From positions 1 through 52,519 of the forward strand of contig MFCS01000022.1 in assembly GCA_001776975.1 (NCBI GenBank): 52,519 nucleotides of DNA. Reading direction: 5' to 3'. The position numbers and the translations under genes were made by a program. Of the stretch, positions 27,823 through 37,976 are shown piece after piece (within the stretch, counting starts at the first letter, position 1; each line of letters begins with the position of its first letter). The stretch is from Candidatus Daviesbacteria bacterium RIFCSPHIGHO2_01_FULL_41_45. GTDB taxonomy: Bacteria; Patescibacteriota; Microgenomatia; Daviesbacterales; UBA10151. Under the pieces are notes generated by a model. That model saw only the letters and a list, made by a program, of their open reading frames with translations, was not told the DNA's origin and searched no databases.

Positions 27823-28380
27823 TTATTTAGCTCCTCCTGCTCCTACTTTCCCAGCTTTTCCAGCCTTTCTTCTCACATATTCACCAACATATCTAATACC
27901 TTTACCCTGATATGGTTCTGGTGGACGAACCGCCCTAATTCTAGCTGCTACCTGACCGATTAGCTCTTTATCAATTCCCGAAACAGTGATCTTAGTATTG
28001 TCTGCTACCGCAAACTTAACTCCTTGAGGAGCTACAATCTCCACCGGATGAGAATAACCAACACTCAAAGATAACTTATCTCCGGTTGTTTGAGATCTAA
28101 AACCCACTCCCACTAGCTCTAATTTTTTCTCCCAGCCTTTTTCAACTCCCCAAACAGCGTTGGCAATCAAAGCTCTGGTCAATCCATGCAATGACTTTGA
28201 TATTTTATCTTCCTTTTTTCTGGCAATTTTTATTTTCCCTTCTTCAACCGTCACTTTTACTTGCGGTAAGGTCGAAACTGATAAGTCACCAAGCGGTCCG
28301 TGTATCAAAACAGTTAGACCATCCATATTGATAGTAACGTTGCTTGGTATCGAGATCGGGTTATTACCTATTCTTGACAT
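27823..28380 (-). CDS. rplF: 50S ribosomal protein uL6
   Basis: MSRIG, GYSHPV, RPPEPYQGKGIRY. Confidence 0.98.
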   Translation of the reverse strand: MSRIGNNPISIPSNVTINMDGLTVLIHGPLGDLSVSTLPQVKVTVEEGKIKIARKKEDKISKSLHGLTRALIANAVWGVEKGWEKKLELVGVGFRSQTTGDKLSLSVGYSHPVEIVAPQGVKFAVADNTKITVSGIDKELIGQVAARIRAVRPPEPYQGKGIRYVGEYVRRKAGKAGKVGAGGAK

Positions 28381-28384
28381 ATTT

Positions 28385-28759
28385 TTACCAAACGTAGGCC
28401 ATTACCTCACCACCTACGCCCTCCTTTCTAGCTTGCTTATCTGTCATTACACCTTTTGGTGTTGAGATAATAGCAACTCCCATCCCGTCTAATACCCGAG
28501 GTAGTAACTCTTTACTTTTATAAATTCTTCTCCCTGGTTTAGAGATCCTTTTAACATCAGTTAGCGCTGGACCTCTCTCCAGGTATTTTAAAGAGACCTG
28601 AATCTCTCGGTCGACAGTTTTGAATGAATTAATATAGCCTTCCTTTTGTAAGACCTCTAATATTGCTCGACTAAGATTTGAAGACAAAACCATTACCTCA
28701 ATTCTAGAAGCCATGTAACCATTTTTGATTCTGATTAATAAATCTCCCACTTTATCCAT
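28385..28759 (-). CDS. rpsH: 30S ribosomal protein uS8
   Basis: DLLIRIKN, RISKPGRRIY, STPKGVM. Confidence 0.97.
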   Translation of the reverse strand: MDKVGDLLIRIKNGYMASRIEVMVLSSNLSRAILEVLQKEGYINSFKTVDREIQVSLKYLERGPALTDVKRISKPGRRIYKSKELLPRVLDGMGVAIISTPKGVMTDKQARKEGVGGEVMAYVW

Positions 28760-28764
28760 AATTT

Positions 28765-28944
28765 TTACCAGCTCGCTTTCTTCACACCTGGCAGTTGTCC
28801 AGCGTGAGCTAACTCTCTAAAACATAATCTGCAGATCCCAAACCTTCTAAATACAAACCTAGACCGACCACAACGAAAACACCGACTGTGATATCGACCC
28901 GGATACTTTTCTTTACTTTTTACAACATTACTTTTTTTAGCCAT
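28765..28944 (-). CDS. rpsN: 30S ribosomal protein uS14 (zinc-binding type, 59 aa)
   Basis: Hand translation MAKKS...RCFRCGRSR...[23 protein letters not shown]. Confidence 0.96.
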   Translation of the reverse strand: MAKKSNVVKSKEKYPGRYHSRCFRCGRSRFVFRRFGICRLCFRELAHAGQLPGVKKASW

Positions 28945-29501
28945 TACAATTGCTCCTTTTTAAACGGCACCCCTAGTAACTCCAATAGTCTTCTTCCTTG
29001 TTCTTTATTTTGAGCTGTTGTGACCATTGAGATCTCTAAGCCTCTCATCTTACCGGATTGGGAGCTTCCATGAAAGCTAATCTCGGGAAATAAGGTTTGC
29101 TCTCTTAATCCTAAAGTGTAGTTTCCTTGGTTATCAAAAGCGTCCCTGGATAGTCCCCGAAAATCCCTTACTTTAGGCAAAGCTATTGTTACCAGTTTAT
29201 CTAAAAAGTCATACATTCTGTCTCCTCTTAAAGTTACCATCACTCCCACTGATTGACCCTTCCCAACTTTAAATCCAGAGATCGATTTTTTAGCTTTAGT
29301 GATAACCGCTTTTTGTCCTGAGATCTGGGATACCTCTTTAACAACAGTATCTAAAACACCTTGATTGTCTTTAGCCTCACCCACACCAACATTAACCACA
29401 ATCTTTTTCAAGGTTGGTATCGCCATCTTATTTTTAATCCCAAACTCCTCTTGGAGCTTAGACTGAATCTCTGCTCTATACTTAATTTTTAACCTCGACA
29501 T
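28944..29501 (-). CDS. rplE: 50S ribosomal protein uL5
   Basis: [23 protein letters not shown]. Confidence 0.98.
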   Translation of the reverse strand: MSRLKIKYRAEIQSKLQEEFGIKNKMAIPTLKKIVVNVGVGEAKDNQGVLDTVVKEVSQISGQKAVITKAKKSISGFKVGKGQSVGVMVTLRGDRMYDFLDKLVTIALPKVRDFRGLSRDAFDNQGNYTLGLREQTLFPEISFHGSSQSGKMRGLEISMVTTAQNKEQGRRLLELLGVPFKKEQL

Positions 29502-29507
29502 ATTTTT

Positions 29508-29813
29508 TTAAATAACCTCCTGACATTTTCGACAAATTCTTAGTTTACTCTCTCCATCTATCTTAAAACCTACCCGAGTCGCTTTTTTACAGGTTTTACA
29601 AACTAAAGCCACATTACTTACATCCACGGGTTTGATAATATCAATAATTCCCCCTTCAACACCCTGACGTCCTTTAACATGCTTTTTATAGCTGTTTATT
29701 CCTTCCACCAATACTTTACCTTCCTTAGGAAACACCCGTAAAACTTTTCCAACTCTACCTTGGTCTTTTCCTAACATTATCTCTACCTGATCATCTTTTT
29801 TAATTTTTGACAT
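29508..29813 (-). CDS. rplX: 50S ribosomal protein uL24
   Basis: GKDQGRVG, VLVEGIN, SNVAL. Confidence 0.96.
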   Translation of the reverse strand: MSKIKKDDQVEIMLGKDQGRVGKVLRVFPKEGKVLVEGINSYKKHVKGRQGVEGGIIDIIKPVDVSNVALVCKTCKKATRVGFKIDGESKLRICRKCQEVI

Positions 29814-29815
29814 AG

Positions 29816-30184
29816 TTACCACACCTCCGGTGCAAGTGATGCAATTTTAGTAAACCCAGCATCACGAACCTCTCTGGCAATTGGCCCAAAAACCCGAGTG
29901 GCCCTTAAATTACCGTCTTTATCAACGATCACTCCCGCATTATCATCAAATTTAATATACGAACCATCCTCCCGACGTCGCTCTTTTCTAGCTCGGACAA
30001 CCACAACCCTAACAATCTCATGATCCTTTACTGTGCCGTTCGGATCGGCTCCCTTAACTACTCCCGACACCAACTGCCCAATAGTTGCTTTTCTTTTACC
30101 AGATCCTCCTAGTGGCTGGATTACCTGAACATACTTAGCCCCACTGTTATCTGCTACTTTCAAATAAGACCTATGTTGCACCAT
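29816..30184 (-). CDS. rplN: 50S ribosomal protein uL14
   Basis: [22 protein letters not shown]; start at ATG 30184. Confidence 0.98.
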   Translation of the reverse strand: MVQHRSYLKVADNSGAKYVQVIQPLGGSGKRKATIGQLVSGVVKGADPNGTVKDHEIVRVVVVRARKERRREDGSYIKFDDNAGVIVDKDGNLRATRVFGPIAREVRDAGFTKIASLAPEVW

Positions 30185-30185
30185 G

Positions 30186-30620
30186 TTATTTAGCCTCCTT
30201 TTTAATACGGCTGCGTTTTGGTTTTTCAACTATCTCAGTTTTTTCTTCTAACTCCACTGTCTTCTCTGGATCGGTAATCTCTACTGGCATTACCTCCGCA
30301 ATAGCTTCAGCGACCTCATTTTTTAACTTCTCAGAGACAATAGTGGCCATATCAACACCCACTACTCGCAATATTTTGAACCGTTTAGCTCTAGACATGG
30401 GCCTAGTTTGAACAATCTCTACTAAATCCCCTTCTTTAACACCAACTTCATCATGCACCAAATATTTTTTACTCTGCTTGATAGCTTTATGGTACAAAGG
30501 ATGCATTCTTGATCTCCCAACCAAAACAGTAACAGTCTGCTTGGCTTTTGCTGCTACCACTAAACCGCGCAGGACGTGGCTGGCACTATTAACCTGATTT
30601 TGTTGCTCTTTTTTAGACAT
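30186..30620 (-). CDS. rpsQ: 30S ribosomal protein uS17 with C-terminal extension
   Basis: [20 protein letters not shown]. Confidence 0.95.
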   Translation of the reverse strand: MSKKEQQNQVNSASHVLRGLVVAAKAKQTVTVLVGRSRMHPLYHKAIKQSKKYLVHDEVGVKEGDLVEIVQTRPMSRAKRFKILRVVGVDMATIVSEKLKNEVAEAIAEVMPVEITDPEKTVELEEKTEIVEKPKRSRIKKEAK

Positions 30621-30837
30621 GACTTTTCTCCAACTCAACAATCAACTGCTTTTGTTTCAGAACGGTTAATATCTGAGAGATATCTTTCTTCTTATTTCTC
30701 AGATCTTTTAGACTGGTTAATTTATTCATATTTTTATCCATCACTAACTCTGCTACTTCCAAACGCACCTTCTTAACTCTTTCTAGTAAGGCCTTAATTT
30801 CTAATTTTTTAACCTCAGCTAGCTCATTTTTTTTCAT
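30613..30837 (-). CDS. rpmC: 50S ribosomal protein uL29
   Basis: Position between rplP and rpsQ; KKDISQILTVL. Confidence 0.88.
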   Translation of the reverse strand: MKKNELAEVKKLEIKALLERVKKVRLEVAELVMDKNMNKLTSLKDLRNKKKDISQILTVLKQKQLIVELEKSHV

Positions 30838-30845
30838 AGTTTTAT

Positions 30846-31268
30846 TTAAAGTACTCCCTCTTTAGTTATAAATCTAGTTTTAACTGGTAACTTATGAGAA
30901 GCCAATCTAATTGCTTCAGCTGCTACCTCTTTTGAGACCGCCCCCATCTCAAAAATCATCGTCCCTGGTTTAACCACTGCAACATATCCCACCACATCTC
31001 CTTTTCCAGAACCCATTCTAGATTCGGCAGGATGCTTGGTAACAGGCTTATCCGGAAAGATTCTAATCCAAATTCTTCCTCCACGGGAGGTAAAATTAGT
31101 CATAGCTCTTCTGGCTGCCTCAATTTGCCGACTCGAAATCCACCCCGCCTGCATTGACTTTAAGCCAAAACTTCCAAAGGAGATCTCTGTTCCTCGACTA
31201 GCCACCCCGCCCCGTTTACCGCGGAATGCTTTTCTAAACTTAGCCCGTTTTGGTACTAAAAGCGCCAT
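30846..31268 (-). CDS. rplP: 50S ribosomal protein uL16
   Basis: [25 protein letters not shown]; start at ATG 31268. Confidence 0.98.
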   Translation of the reverse strand: MALLVPKRAKFRKAFRGKRGGVASRGTEISFGSFGLKSMQAGWISSRQIEAARRAMTNFTSRGGRIWIRIFPDKPVTKHPAESRMGSGKGDVVGYVAVVKPGTMIFEMGAVSKEVAAEAIRLASHKLPVKTRFITKEGVL

Positions 31269-31272
31269 AATT

Positions 31273-31914
31273 TTAAATCTCTCCCTCTCCTTTATTAATC
31301 CAAACCTTAACTCCCACATATCCAGATTTGGTTAAAGCGGGAACACCGGCATAATCAATGTTTAATCTTAAGGTATGTAACGGCATAGTTCCTTGCGCCT
31401 TCCATTCACGCCTGGCGATCTCTGCTCCACCAATTCTTCCCGACAATACTACCCTCACCCCTTTAGCCCCTGCTCTCATGACTCTCTCAACAGTTTGATT
31501 CATAACTCTTTGGGCTGGGAAGCGTCTGATTAACTGATCAACTATACCTTGAGCCACTAAATAAGCTGACAGATCCGGAGCCTTAACGTCCATAGGAGCA
31601 ATCTCCAGAGTATTTTCATCTTTTATCTTTAACTCTTTCAGTAAAAACTTCTTTAACTCTAATAAACCAACTCCTCCTCGTCCAATCATTACTCCTGGCC
31701 TAGAAACAAAGATCAGTATCTTAAGTTTATTGCTAGCCCTTTCAATCTCAACCCGACTAATTCCAGCTGGTCGCAATTTTTTCATCAATATTTCCCGGAC
31801 TTTAATATCCCCAAGCAAATTGAGGCGGTATTTTTTAGGATCGGCAAACCATCTTGACTGCCAAGTTGCAGTAGTGCCCAATCTAAAACCTATCGGATTA
31901 ATCTTTTGACCCAT
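31273..31914 (-). CDS. rpsC: 30S ribosomal protein uS3
   Basis: [30 protein letters not shown]. Confidence 0.98.
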   Translation of the reverse strand: MGQKINPIGFRLGTTATWQSRWFADPKKYRLNLLGDIKVREILMKKLRPAGISRVEIERASNKLKILIFVSRPGVMIGRGGVGLLELKKFLLKELKIKDENTLEIAPMDVKAPDLSAYLVAQGIVDQLIRRFPAQRVMNQTVERVMRAGAKGVRVVLSGRIGGAEIARREWKAQGTMPLHTLRLNIDYAGVPALTKSGYVGVKVWINKGEGEI

Positions 31915-32256
31915 TTAAATTACCCCTTTCACATCAGTTAAAATCACCTTAATTTGACTAGTTTTTCTCTGATATGGTTGGCGGTGTGATCTACCAGCAG
32001 CTCTCATTCTTTTCATTCTCAACCCTTCGTTAACCTCTAATGATTTAAAAATCAAACCCTCTAGATTTGGATTTGTGTTTTTAGCATTTGCTAAAGCAGT
32101 TTGAATAGCCTTTGCTAACGGTAAAGCTGCTGATTTTTGAGTGAACTGCAGTGCCACAACCGCTTTGTCTGGACTCATCCCCCGAACCATATCAGCCACC
32201 AACCTCAATTTACGAGGGCTGGTGTGAATATTTTTCTGGATATGCATAAATTCCAT
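31915..32256 (-). CDS. rplV: 50S ribosomal protein uL22
   Basis: SPRKLRLVADMVRG, ALANA. Confidence 0.96.
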   Translation of the reverse strand: MEFMHIQKNIHTSPRKLRLVADMVRGMSPDKAVVALQFTQKSAALPLAKAIQTALANAKNTNPNLEGLIFKSLEVNEGLRMKRMRAAGRSHRQPYQRKTSQIKVILTDVKGVI

Positions 32257-32257
32257 A

Positions 32258-32542
32258 TTAAGTCTTTTCTAGTGTCCTTTTAGTAACTGTTCCATGTCCC
32301 CTAAATGTTCTCGTGGGAGAAAATTCACCCAAACGATGTCCCACCATCGATTCACTAACATAGACTGAGATAAAATCCTTCCCATTGTGAACCTGAAAAG
32401 TGAACCCTACAAACTCTGGTGCGATAGAACAGCCCCTGGCCCAGGTTTTAATAGGCAACTTTTTATTAGACTCTTTTTGAGCCATGACCTTCTTCATCAA
32501 CTTCTCGTCAATATATGGTCCTTTTTTTAAACTTCTAGACAT
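32258..32542 (-). CDS. rpsS: 30S ribosomal protein uS19
   Basis: [22 protein letters not shown]. Confidence 0.98.
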   Translation of the reverse strand: MSRSLKKGPYIDEKLMKKVMAQKESNKKLPIKTWARGCSIAPEFVGFTFQVHNGKDFISVYVSESMVGHRLGEFSPTRTFRGHGTVTKRTLEKT

Positions 32543-33363
32543 TAACTTTTTCTCCTTTTAACGATAAATTTATTAGAATTATTCTTTTTCTTCCTTGTAT
32601 TTCCTACCGCCGGCCGGCCATATCTAGTCATTGGTTTCTTTCTTCCTACCCCAGACCTAGCTTCTCCTCCACCATGAGGATGCGAGTCCGGATCTTGAGC
32701 CACACCCCGAACCGTTGGTCTAATTCCCATGTGCCTGGCTCTACCAGCTTTTCCCAACACCATGTTTTTCCACTCCTCGTTACCCAACACCCCAACTGTT
32801 GCTAAACAATCAAGAGGCACCATTCTAACCTCTCCTGAGGGTAACCTCAAGTGAGCATAGGGTTCCTGTTTGGCAACCACCATAATTGAGGTTCCAGCTG
32901 CCCGACCCATCTGCCCAGCACGACCTGGCATTAACTCTACATTGTGAATCAAGGTCCCGATTGGCAGATTTTTTAATTTCATAGCATTACCTACCTTAAT
33001 CTCCACTCTCTCCCCAGAGATAATAGTATCTTTTACCTTTAATCCTTTGGGGGCTAATATGTAACGGTATTCTCCATCAGGATATTTAATCAACGCCAAA
33101 TCAACATTGCGATTTGGATCATACTCTAAAGCCACGACAACCCCTTCAATCCCAAACTTTTCTCTTAAAAAATCCACTACTCGGTATTGTCGTCTGTGTC
33201 TACCGCCTTGATGCCGAACAGTAATTCTTCCTCCAGATCTTCCAGCGTGTTTTTTAAGAATACCCTTCAATCTCTTGGGAGCCATTCCCCCTCTACCAGC
33301 CCGTACCATCTTAGAAGCAAACCGTCTGGTTCTAGTTTTTTCAGCGTACTGTACTAACGGCAT
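32542..33363 (-). CDS. rplB: 50S ribosomal protein uL2
   Basis: EYDPNR, RPTVRG, HPHGGGE. Confidence 0.98.
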   Translation of the reverse strand: MPLVQYAEKTRTRRFASKMVRAGRGGMAPKRLKGILKKHAGRSGGRITVRHQGGRHRRQYRVVDFLREKFGIEGVVVALEYDPNRNVDLALIKYPDGEYRYILAPKGLKVKDTIISGERVEIKVGNAMKLKNLPIGTLIHNVELMPGRAGQMGRAAGTSIMVVAKQEPYAHLRLPSGEVRMVPLDCLATVGVLGNEEWKNMVLGKAGRARHMGIRPTVRGVAQDPDSHPHGGGEARSGVGRKKPMTRYGRPAVGNTRKKKNNSNKFIVKRRKS

Positions 33364-33364
33364 A

Positions 33365-33778
33365 TTACTCCTGCTCCTTTTTTACTGTTGGTTTTTTAAT
33401 GTTTCTTTCAATCTTCACTTTTGTTCCTTTTAAGAGACTTTTCTTCTCTTTGACCGTTGTTTCCAACTCACTTGGATCTACTGAATCTTTTGTCGAGACT
33501 GCTTCAAAAAGAGCAATTTTTTGTCCTTTTTTAAGCTGTACCAAAGCTTTTTTAAACCCAGATCTGGTAAAATAACCCTTTCTACTTCTTTGCATCTTAC
33601 TTAACGGTTTCATACTAATGGTTCTAACAGACACCACGTCAACATTGAATTTACTGTGAACTATTTTTTTTATCTCTTCTTTGGTAGCTGTTTGTAAAAC
33701 CTTAAATGTGTACAGTCCAGTACCTGCCAACTGCATTGATTTTTCAGTAATATATGGCTTCTCTATTAAAATTTTCAT
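33365..33778 (-). CDS. rplW: 50S ribosomal protein uL23 with Lys-rich C-terminal tail
   Basis: PYITEKS, YTF.V, KKALVQL. Confidence 0.94.
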   Translation of the reverse strand: MKILIEKPYITEKSMQLAGTGLYTFKVLQTATKEEIKKIVHSKFNVDVVSVRTISMKPLSKMQRSRKGYFTRSGFKKALVQLKKGQKIALFEAVSTKDSVDPSELETTVKEKKSLLKGTKVKIERNIKKPTVKKEQE

Positions 33779-34416
33779 TTTTGTTCTCCTAATTTTTCAA
33801 CAGCATCCTGACTTATAATCACCGTTTTATGTTTTAAAATCTCTAGGGTATTAAGGTTTCCGGCAGTCACAACACTGATTTTACCTAAATTCTTAACAGC
33901 CCTCTGAACAATCTCATTTCTCTCACCCAAAATAAACAAGGTACTTTTTTTCTCTAACTTTTTCATCAGCATATCAAACTGGGATGTTTTTCCACTGGCC
34001 TTTTCTAAACCGTTGATTCCCAATACCTCTCCCTCCAATGTTTTTAGTGATAAAGCTGAGATGATTGCAGCTTTCCTCATTTTTTGAGGGAAGTCTAAAA
34101 TAACTTTTCTTGATTTGGGACCTAGTGCGATACCTCCACCCACAAATATAGGAGCCCGGTTAGAACCATGCCTGGCTCCTCCTGTACCTTTTTGCTTATA
34201 AATCTTTCTGGTTGAACCTCGCACCTCGGATCTGGTTTTAGTATTTGCAAAATGAGCAGTTTGGTTGTTGAGATAAATCCGCACCGCTTGAGCCAGTAAT
34301 GATCTATTAACCTTCTCTCCAAACACCTGTTTTGGCAGATCTAAATTACCACTTACCTTCCCATCCAAAGAATACATGGGAACTGAGAGTCCAACTACTG
34401 CTTTCTTAACTGGCAT
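33775..34416 (-). CDS. rplD: 50S ribosomal protein uL4
   Basis: TKTRSEVRG, QKGTGGARHG, GGGIALGP. Confidence 0.98.
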   Translation of the reverse strand: MPVKKAVVGLSVPMYSLDGKVSGNLDLPKQVFGEKVNRSLLAQAVRIYLNNQTAHFANTKTRSEVRGSTRKIYKQKGTGGARHGSNRAPIFVGGGIALGPKSRKVILDFPQKMRKAAIISALSLKTLEGEVLGINGLEKASGKTSQFDMLMKKLEKKSTLFILGERNEIVQRAVKNLGKISVVTAGNLNTLEILKHKTVIISQDAVEKLGEQK

Positions 34417-35182
34417 TTTCTTCTCCTTCTTTGACCACTGCTTCCTGTTCTGTAATAACCTCAGCTGGATTACCTACCGCTTCCTCAACGGCTTCTTCAT
34501 TTTCATCCACTTTTTCCTCTGGAGGAGGAGTATACCCTTTGATGCGTCCTAACTTAGTCAAACTAACAACAGATCCGCTACTGCCCGGAACCGCCCCTTT
34601 TAAAACTAGCAAATTACTGACTTTATCAACTGCCAGTACCTCTAGGTTTCTAGTGCTGACTGTATCAACCCCCATATGTCCCGCCATTTTCTTACCCTTA
34701 TAAACCCGGCCTGGCGTTGTCGTTTGACCAATTGATCCAGGAGCTCGATGTCTATCTGATTGACCATGAGTTTTGGGTCCTCCCGCAAAACCATGACGTC
34801 TAACCCCACCTTGAAAACCTTTTCCTTTGGATATTCCGGTTACCTTAACAGCATCTCCAATAGAAAAAACCTGGTTCACTAAAATCTGTGTTCCAGGTTT
34901 TATTTCCTCACTAGCTTCTGGGGTTTTAATTCTTAACTCCCTAAGCCATCTTAAGGGCTGAGTTACACCAGCTTTTTTAATATGTCCCATCTGTGGTTTT
35001 TTAAGATTCTTTTTATTCCCAAAACCAAGTTGGACAGCACTGTAACCATCTTTTTTATCAGCAGTTTTAACTTGGGTAATAAAATGAGGGGTCACTTCAA
35101 TCACCGTAGCTCCTACCCGCCTACCACGGGAGTCATAACTACTTGTCATATTCTTTTTAATTCCAAACAGTGTATCTAACAT
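34406..35182 (-). CDS. rplC: 50S ribosomal protein uL3 with acidic C-terminal tail
   Basis: DGYSAVQLG, SKGKGFQG, HRAPGSIG, KMAGHMG. Confidence 0.98.
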   Translation of the reverse strand: MLDTLFGIKKNMTSSYDSRGRRVGATVIEVTPHFITQVKTADKKDGYSAVQLGFGNKKNLKKPQMGHIKKAGVTQPLRWLRELRIKTPEASEEIKPGTQILVNQVFSIGDAVKVTGISKGKGFQGGVRRHGFAGGPKTHGQSDRHRAPGSIGQTTTPGRVYKGKKMAGHMGVDTVSTRNLEVLAVDKVSNLLVLKGAVPGSSGSVVSLTKLGRIKGYTPPPEEKVDENEEAVEEAVGNPAEVITEQEAVVKEGEENAS

Positions 35183-35410
35183 ATGTTATCTTCCATTTTA
35201 CTTACTTATGGTCTGCGACCACTAAAAAGAGTGAGGCCCAAATCACTTTGGAGCACTCACTCAGTAATCTTTCGTCACTTTGTTCTTCAAGACAAGTCGC
35301 TATGAGCGGGGAGCTTATCCCAAACTCAGCATCTTCGCCCTGAAGCACGGGACGCGATCTACTGATAAGTTAAAGACTAATTTAACCCGACTGAATAACC
35401 ATCAATCAAT
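35183..35410 (-). ncRNA. structured rplC leader RNA with terminator-like hairpin (candidate r-leader/attenuator)
   Basis: About 230-nt non-coding region downstream of TTGCAT-18-TACAAT; multiple helices and GAGTGAG...CTCACTC-TTTTT at 35224-35262. Confidence 0.6.
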
Positions 35411-35532
35411 AATGAATTGTACCAGATTCATAGCCTCAAATGCAAGCAAACTATAACTTGGGTAGTGGGTCAATTTGAAATTGAGCACTGATCTTGCTTG
35501 ACTGGTCATGTACCTTCTGATACGATTTCTTC

Positions 35533-35718
35533 ATGGATGTAAACAAGCTCGCTCATAGAATAACAAAGGAGGCTACTGAAGAAAAGAAAAATCCTGCTGC
35601 GGTAGCTCTAGGCAGGCTTGGTGGTTTAGTAGGTGGTCATGCGCGGGCAAAAAAACTTAGTGCAAAACGAAAAAAGGAAATTGCAAAGCAAGCTGCGAGT
35701 GCTCGGTGGTCAAAATAA
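35533..35718 (+). CDS. small basic protein of the type associated with IS1-like elements (histone-H1-like)
   Basis: KNPAAVALGRLGGLVGGHARAKKLSAKRKKEIAKQAASARW; promoter TTGACT-17-TACGAT ends 6 nt before ATG. Confidence 0.8.
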   Translation: MDVNKLAHRITKEATEEKKNPAAVALGRLGGLVGGHARAKKLSAKRKKEIAKQAASARWSK

Positions 35719-35790
35719 ATAAGGTAAGTTAATAGTCATATTCCAGTACTTTCTTAGCCAGTTTATAAGTATTTCCATGCTTTAAAAGTC

Positions 35791-37785
35791 CTAAATCTGA
35801 GGGACTTGAGGTTCAGAAGGCTTGCGAAGGGAAAAGACAAACCGATTGACCAGAGCCCACTCGCGGGCAGGTCTCGCCCAACCGTCGTAGAGCCAAAGCT
35901 CGTCCCCACGGCGTCCCAGACCAAAGACGCCCGGACCGCCGTAAGAGCCTGAAATTTGTTTCATTGCAATATAACACCACTCGCCTACTTTTTGATTCTT
36001 ATACGCTATTCTATATTCCGGCCCTACTTCGGGAGGACATAGTTCTAATCCCAACTCCTTAGCTTTATCATAGATCTGATCAGTTGTTGGCGTACCTTTA
36101 TCAAACCCGAGGTCGGAAACTTTAAGAGTAACTAGTGTAAGGCTTTGCTTGTTTATTTCATTAGGAAAATCAGGATTATCAATCATGGTTTCAGCATAAC
36201 TACCGTCACTTTTTCTCCATTTAATATCATTACCATCCAATTTTTGTTTCAATTCTGCTTTCGTTTTACGTTCTATCTCTAATTCCTCTATGCGAATTTT
36301 TACTTCCGGGAATTTTGTATAAATATGATCTATGCCATACTTTGACAACAATTCGAAAACATCTGCTTGGAGAGGTCCAACATAGGCTTTAGTATCTGGT
36401 CTAATTTCGCTTGGATTCCTGGCAATTTGTTGTATCTCACAGCCAAAAACAACTGGCATATCTTCATCAGGAATTCTTTGCGAACGGATTGCATCAATAC
36501 GAGGATCTCTATTATAACCAAACCCTTCTATTGGAGCGTCTATTTCATACAAGAATGTTAAATCTTCTCCTGAAAGGTTTTGTCCAGTTTTTATTTTATG
36601 ATCGATAGCTGTCAAAGTTCTCATGTCAACTGATCTTTTTTTATACATCTTGCCTTCTTGCTCAAATTCCGGTTCAGACAATTTTGTGTCCACAACATCG
36701 CCTATATGGGCATCAAGATGCTCCTGTGTTGCTACTCCTCTGACTTCTGTAATACTTCCGTTTTGATTAATGACCATAACTACCCGGGGAACAACAGCGT
36801 CTCCTGCCTGGTCATTTGAATAATAAACATGCAAATCATTCTTATCATTTACGAGATACCGTCTGGCTACAGCTTCCCCTCGCAGACACCAGCCGGTACC
36901 ATAGTTAGCTATAGATGAAACCAGTTGTTTTGGATCAGACCCACTGGGATATTTAACCCATCTTCCTTCAGTGATTTTTAATAATTCCTCTCCTATCGGT
37001 TTAAACTCTTCTATTGCAAGACCATAAAGTTGACTGAAATTTTTATTATCTAAAGCTTTTAGATATTTTTGCTTTGCATCTCCCGAAATATCAAAACGAC
37101 TAGTGAATTCAAAATTAGTCCTATTACCAGGTTTGAGTTGGTCATTTGGATATTTCTTTTCGAGATCGTCCAAAACTATGGCTAAAGCTTCTCTGTTGAG
37201 TTCAGGGAAAGGAGCAGTCGTTCTTCCGCCTCTTGTTCTTTCATTAAAAACGCCTCGGTTTTTGTCATAATTACCCATCCCCAGAACACTTCTAAAAGCA
37301 AAATATTTCAACCAGTCTGGATATTTCGCATCATCTGAAACAAGATAGTCAATCCACAGATCAAGAGATCTTTTCTGATCTTCTACAATGGTTTGTGCAA
37401 GCTCTTGTCGGTTAACGGGTGGGATTTCAATATCTCCATGTCCTTCTTCTTTATGTTTACGTTTTATAGCATCATAATAACTTTCTGGTATGGTTTCTGG
37501 CTTAGTAACAAAATCTCTATGAAGGCCATGTTTTAGGAGTGTGACATTTCTTTCTTGCCTGTCAAAGTTATCATGACCTTCTAATAACTTAGGAGGATTA
37601 ATAACTCCATGTAAGCGATCAAGGTAATTTTGTATCCGAGTACTGAAATCACCTTGATCAACTGATTCACCTGTACGCTTCTCGTGGCGTTTTGCGGTAA
37701 TCACCACCCCAGGATCTTTATTCAGTTGATACTTTTGTTGAAGAAATTCTGCTCCGCTATTGTCTCCCATATGTTCTATACCCAC
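35791..37785 (-). CDS. large cargo protein with central GTGWC motif and C-terminal putative DGR-variable (CLec-like) domain
   Basis: 664-aa ORF; C-terminal ELGLELCPPEVGP...VFGL...LWL..W..P...W....FVF domain whose last codons are A-depleted and GC-rich; true start probably ATG 37770. Confidence 0.8.
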   Translation of the reverse strand: MGIEHMGDNSGAEFLQQKYQLNKDPGVVITAKRHEKRTGESVDQGDFSTRIQNYLDRLHGVINPPKLLEGHDNFDRQERNVTLLKHGLHRDFVTKPETIPESYYDAIKRKHKEEGHGDIEIPPVNRQELAQTIVEDQKRSLDLWIDYLVSDDAKYPDWLKYFAFRSVLGMGNYDKNRGVFNERTRGGRTTAPFPELNREALAIVLDDLEKKYPNDQLKPGNRTNFEFTSRFDISGDAKQKYLKALDNKNFSQLYGLAIEEFKPIGEELLKITEGRWVKYPSGSDPKQLVSSIANYGTGWCLRGEAVARRYLVNDKNDLHVYYSNDQAGDAVVPRVVMVINQNGSITEVRGVATQEHLDAHIGDVVDTKLSEPEFEQEGKMYKKRSVDMRTLTAIDHKIKTGQNLSGEDLTFLYEIDAPIEGFGYNRDPRIDAIRSQRIPDEDMPVVFGCEIQQIARNPSEIRPDTKAYVGPLQADVFELLSKYGIDHIYTKFPEVKIRIEELEIERKTKAELKQKLDGNDIKWRKSDGSYAETMIDNPDFPNEINKQSLTLVTLKVSDLGFDKGTPTTDQIYDKAKELGLELCPPEVGPEYRIAYKNQKVGEWCYIAMKQISGSYGGPGVFGLGRRGDELWLYDGWARPAREWALVNRFVFSLRKPSEPQVPQI
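35821..35949 (-). other. putative DGR variable region (VR)
   Basis: 43 codons with 64% GC and only 13 A on the coding strand; NNY codons at positions where AAY would be expected in a template repeat. Confidence 0.65.
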
Positions 37786-37976
37786 CTTGTCGTAGAGTTA
37801 TTATAGCAAAAATGAGATTGTAAATTAATCCTCACTCTCATCCTCCGACGACACAGTAATCCACCCAGTCTATCCGTTCACTCACTATACAGAAGACCCT
37901 AATTACAAACCAACAGAATGGGATGATCCTACGGTTCCTGAAGAAGGTTTTGATTCCTTAAGAAGGGAATAATTAT

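Noticed and set aside
35183-35410. Hammerhead ribozyme or 6S RNA identity for the rplC leader
   Set aside because: No exact CUGANGA core, and the fold looks multibranched rather than a long rod with a central bubble
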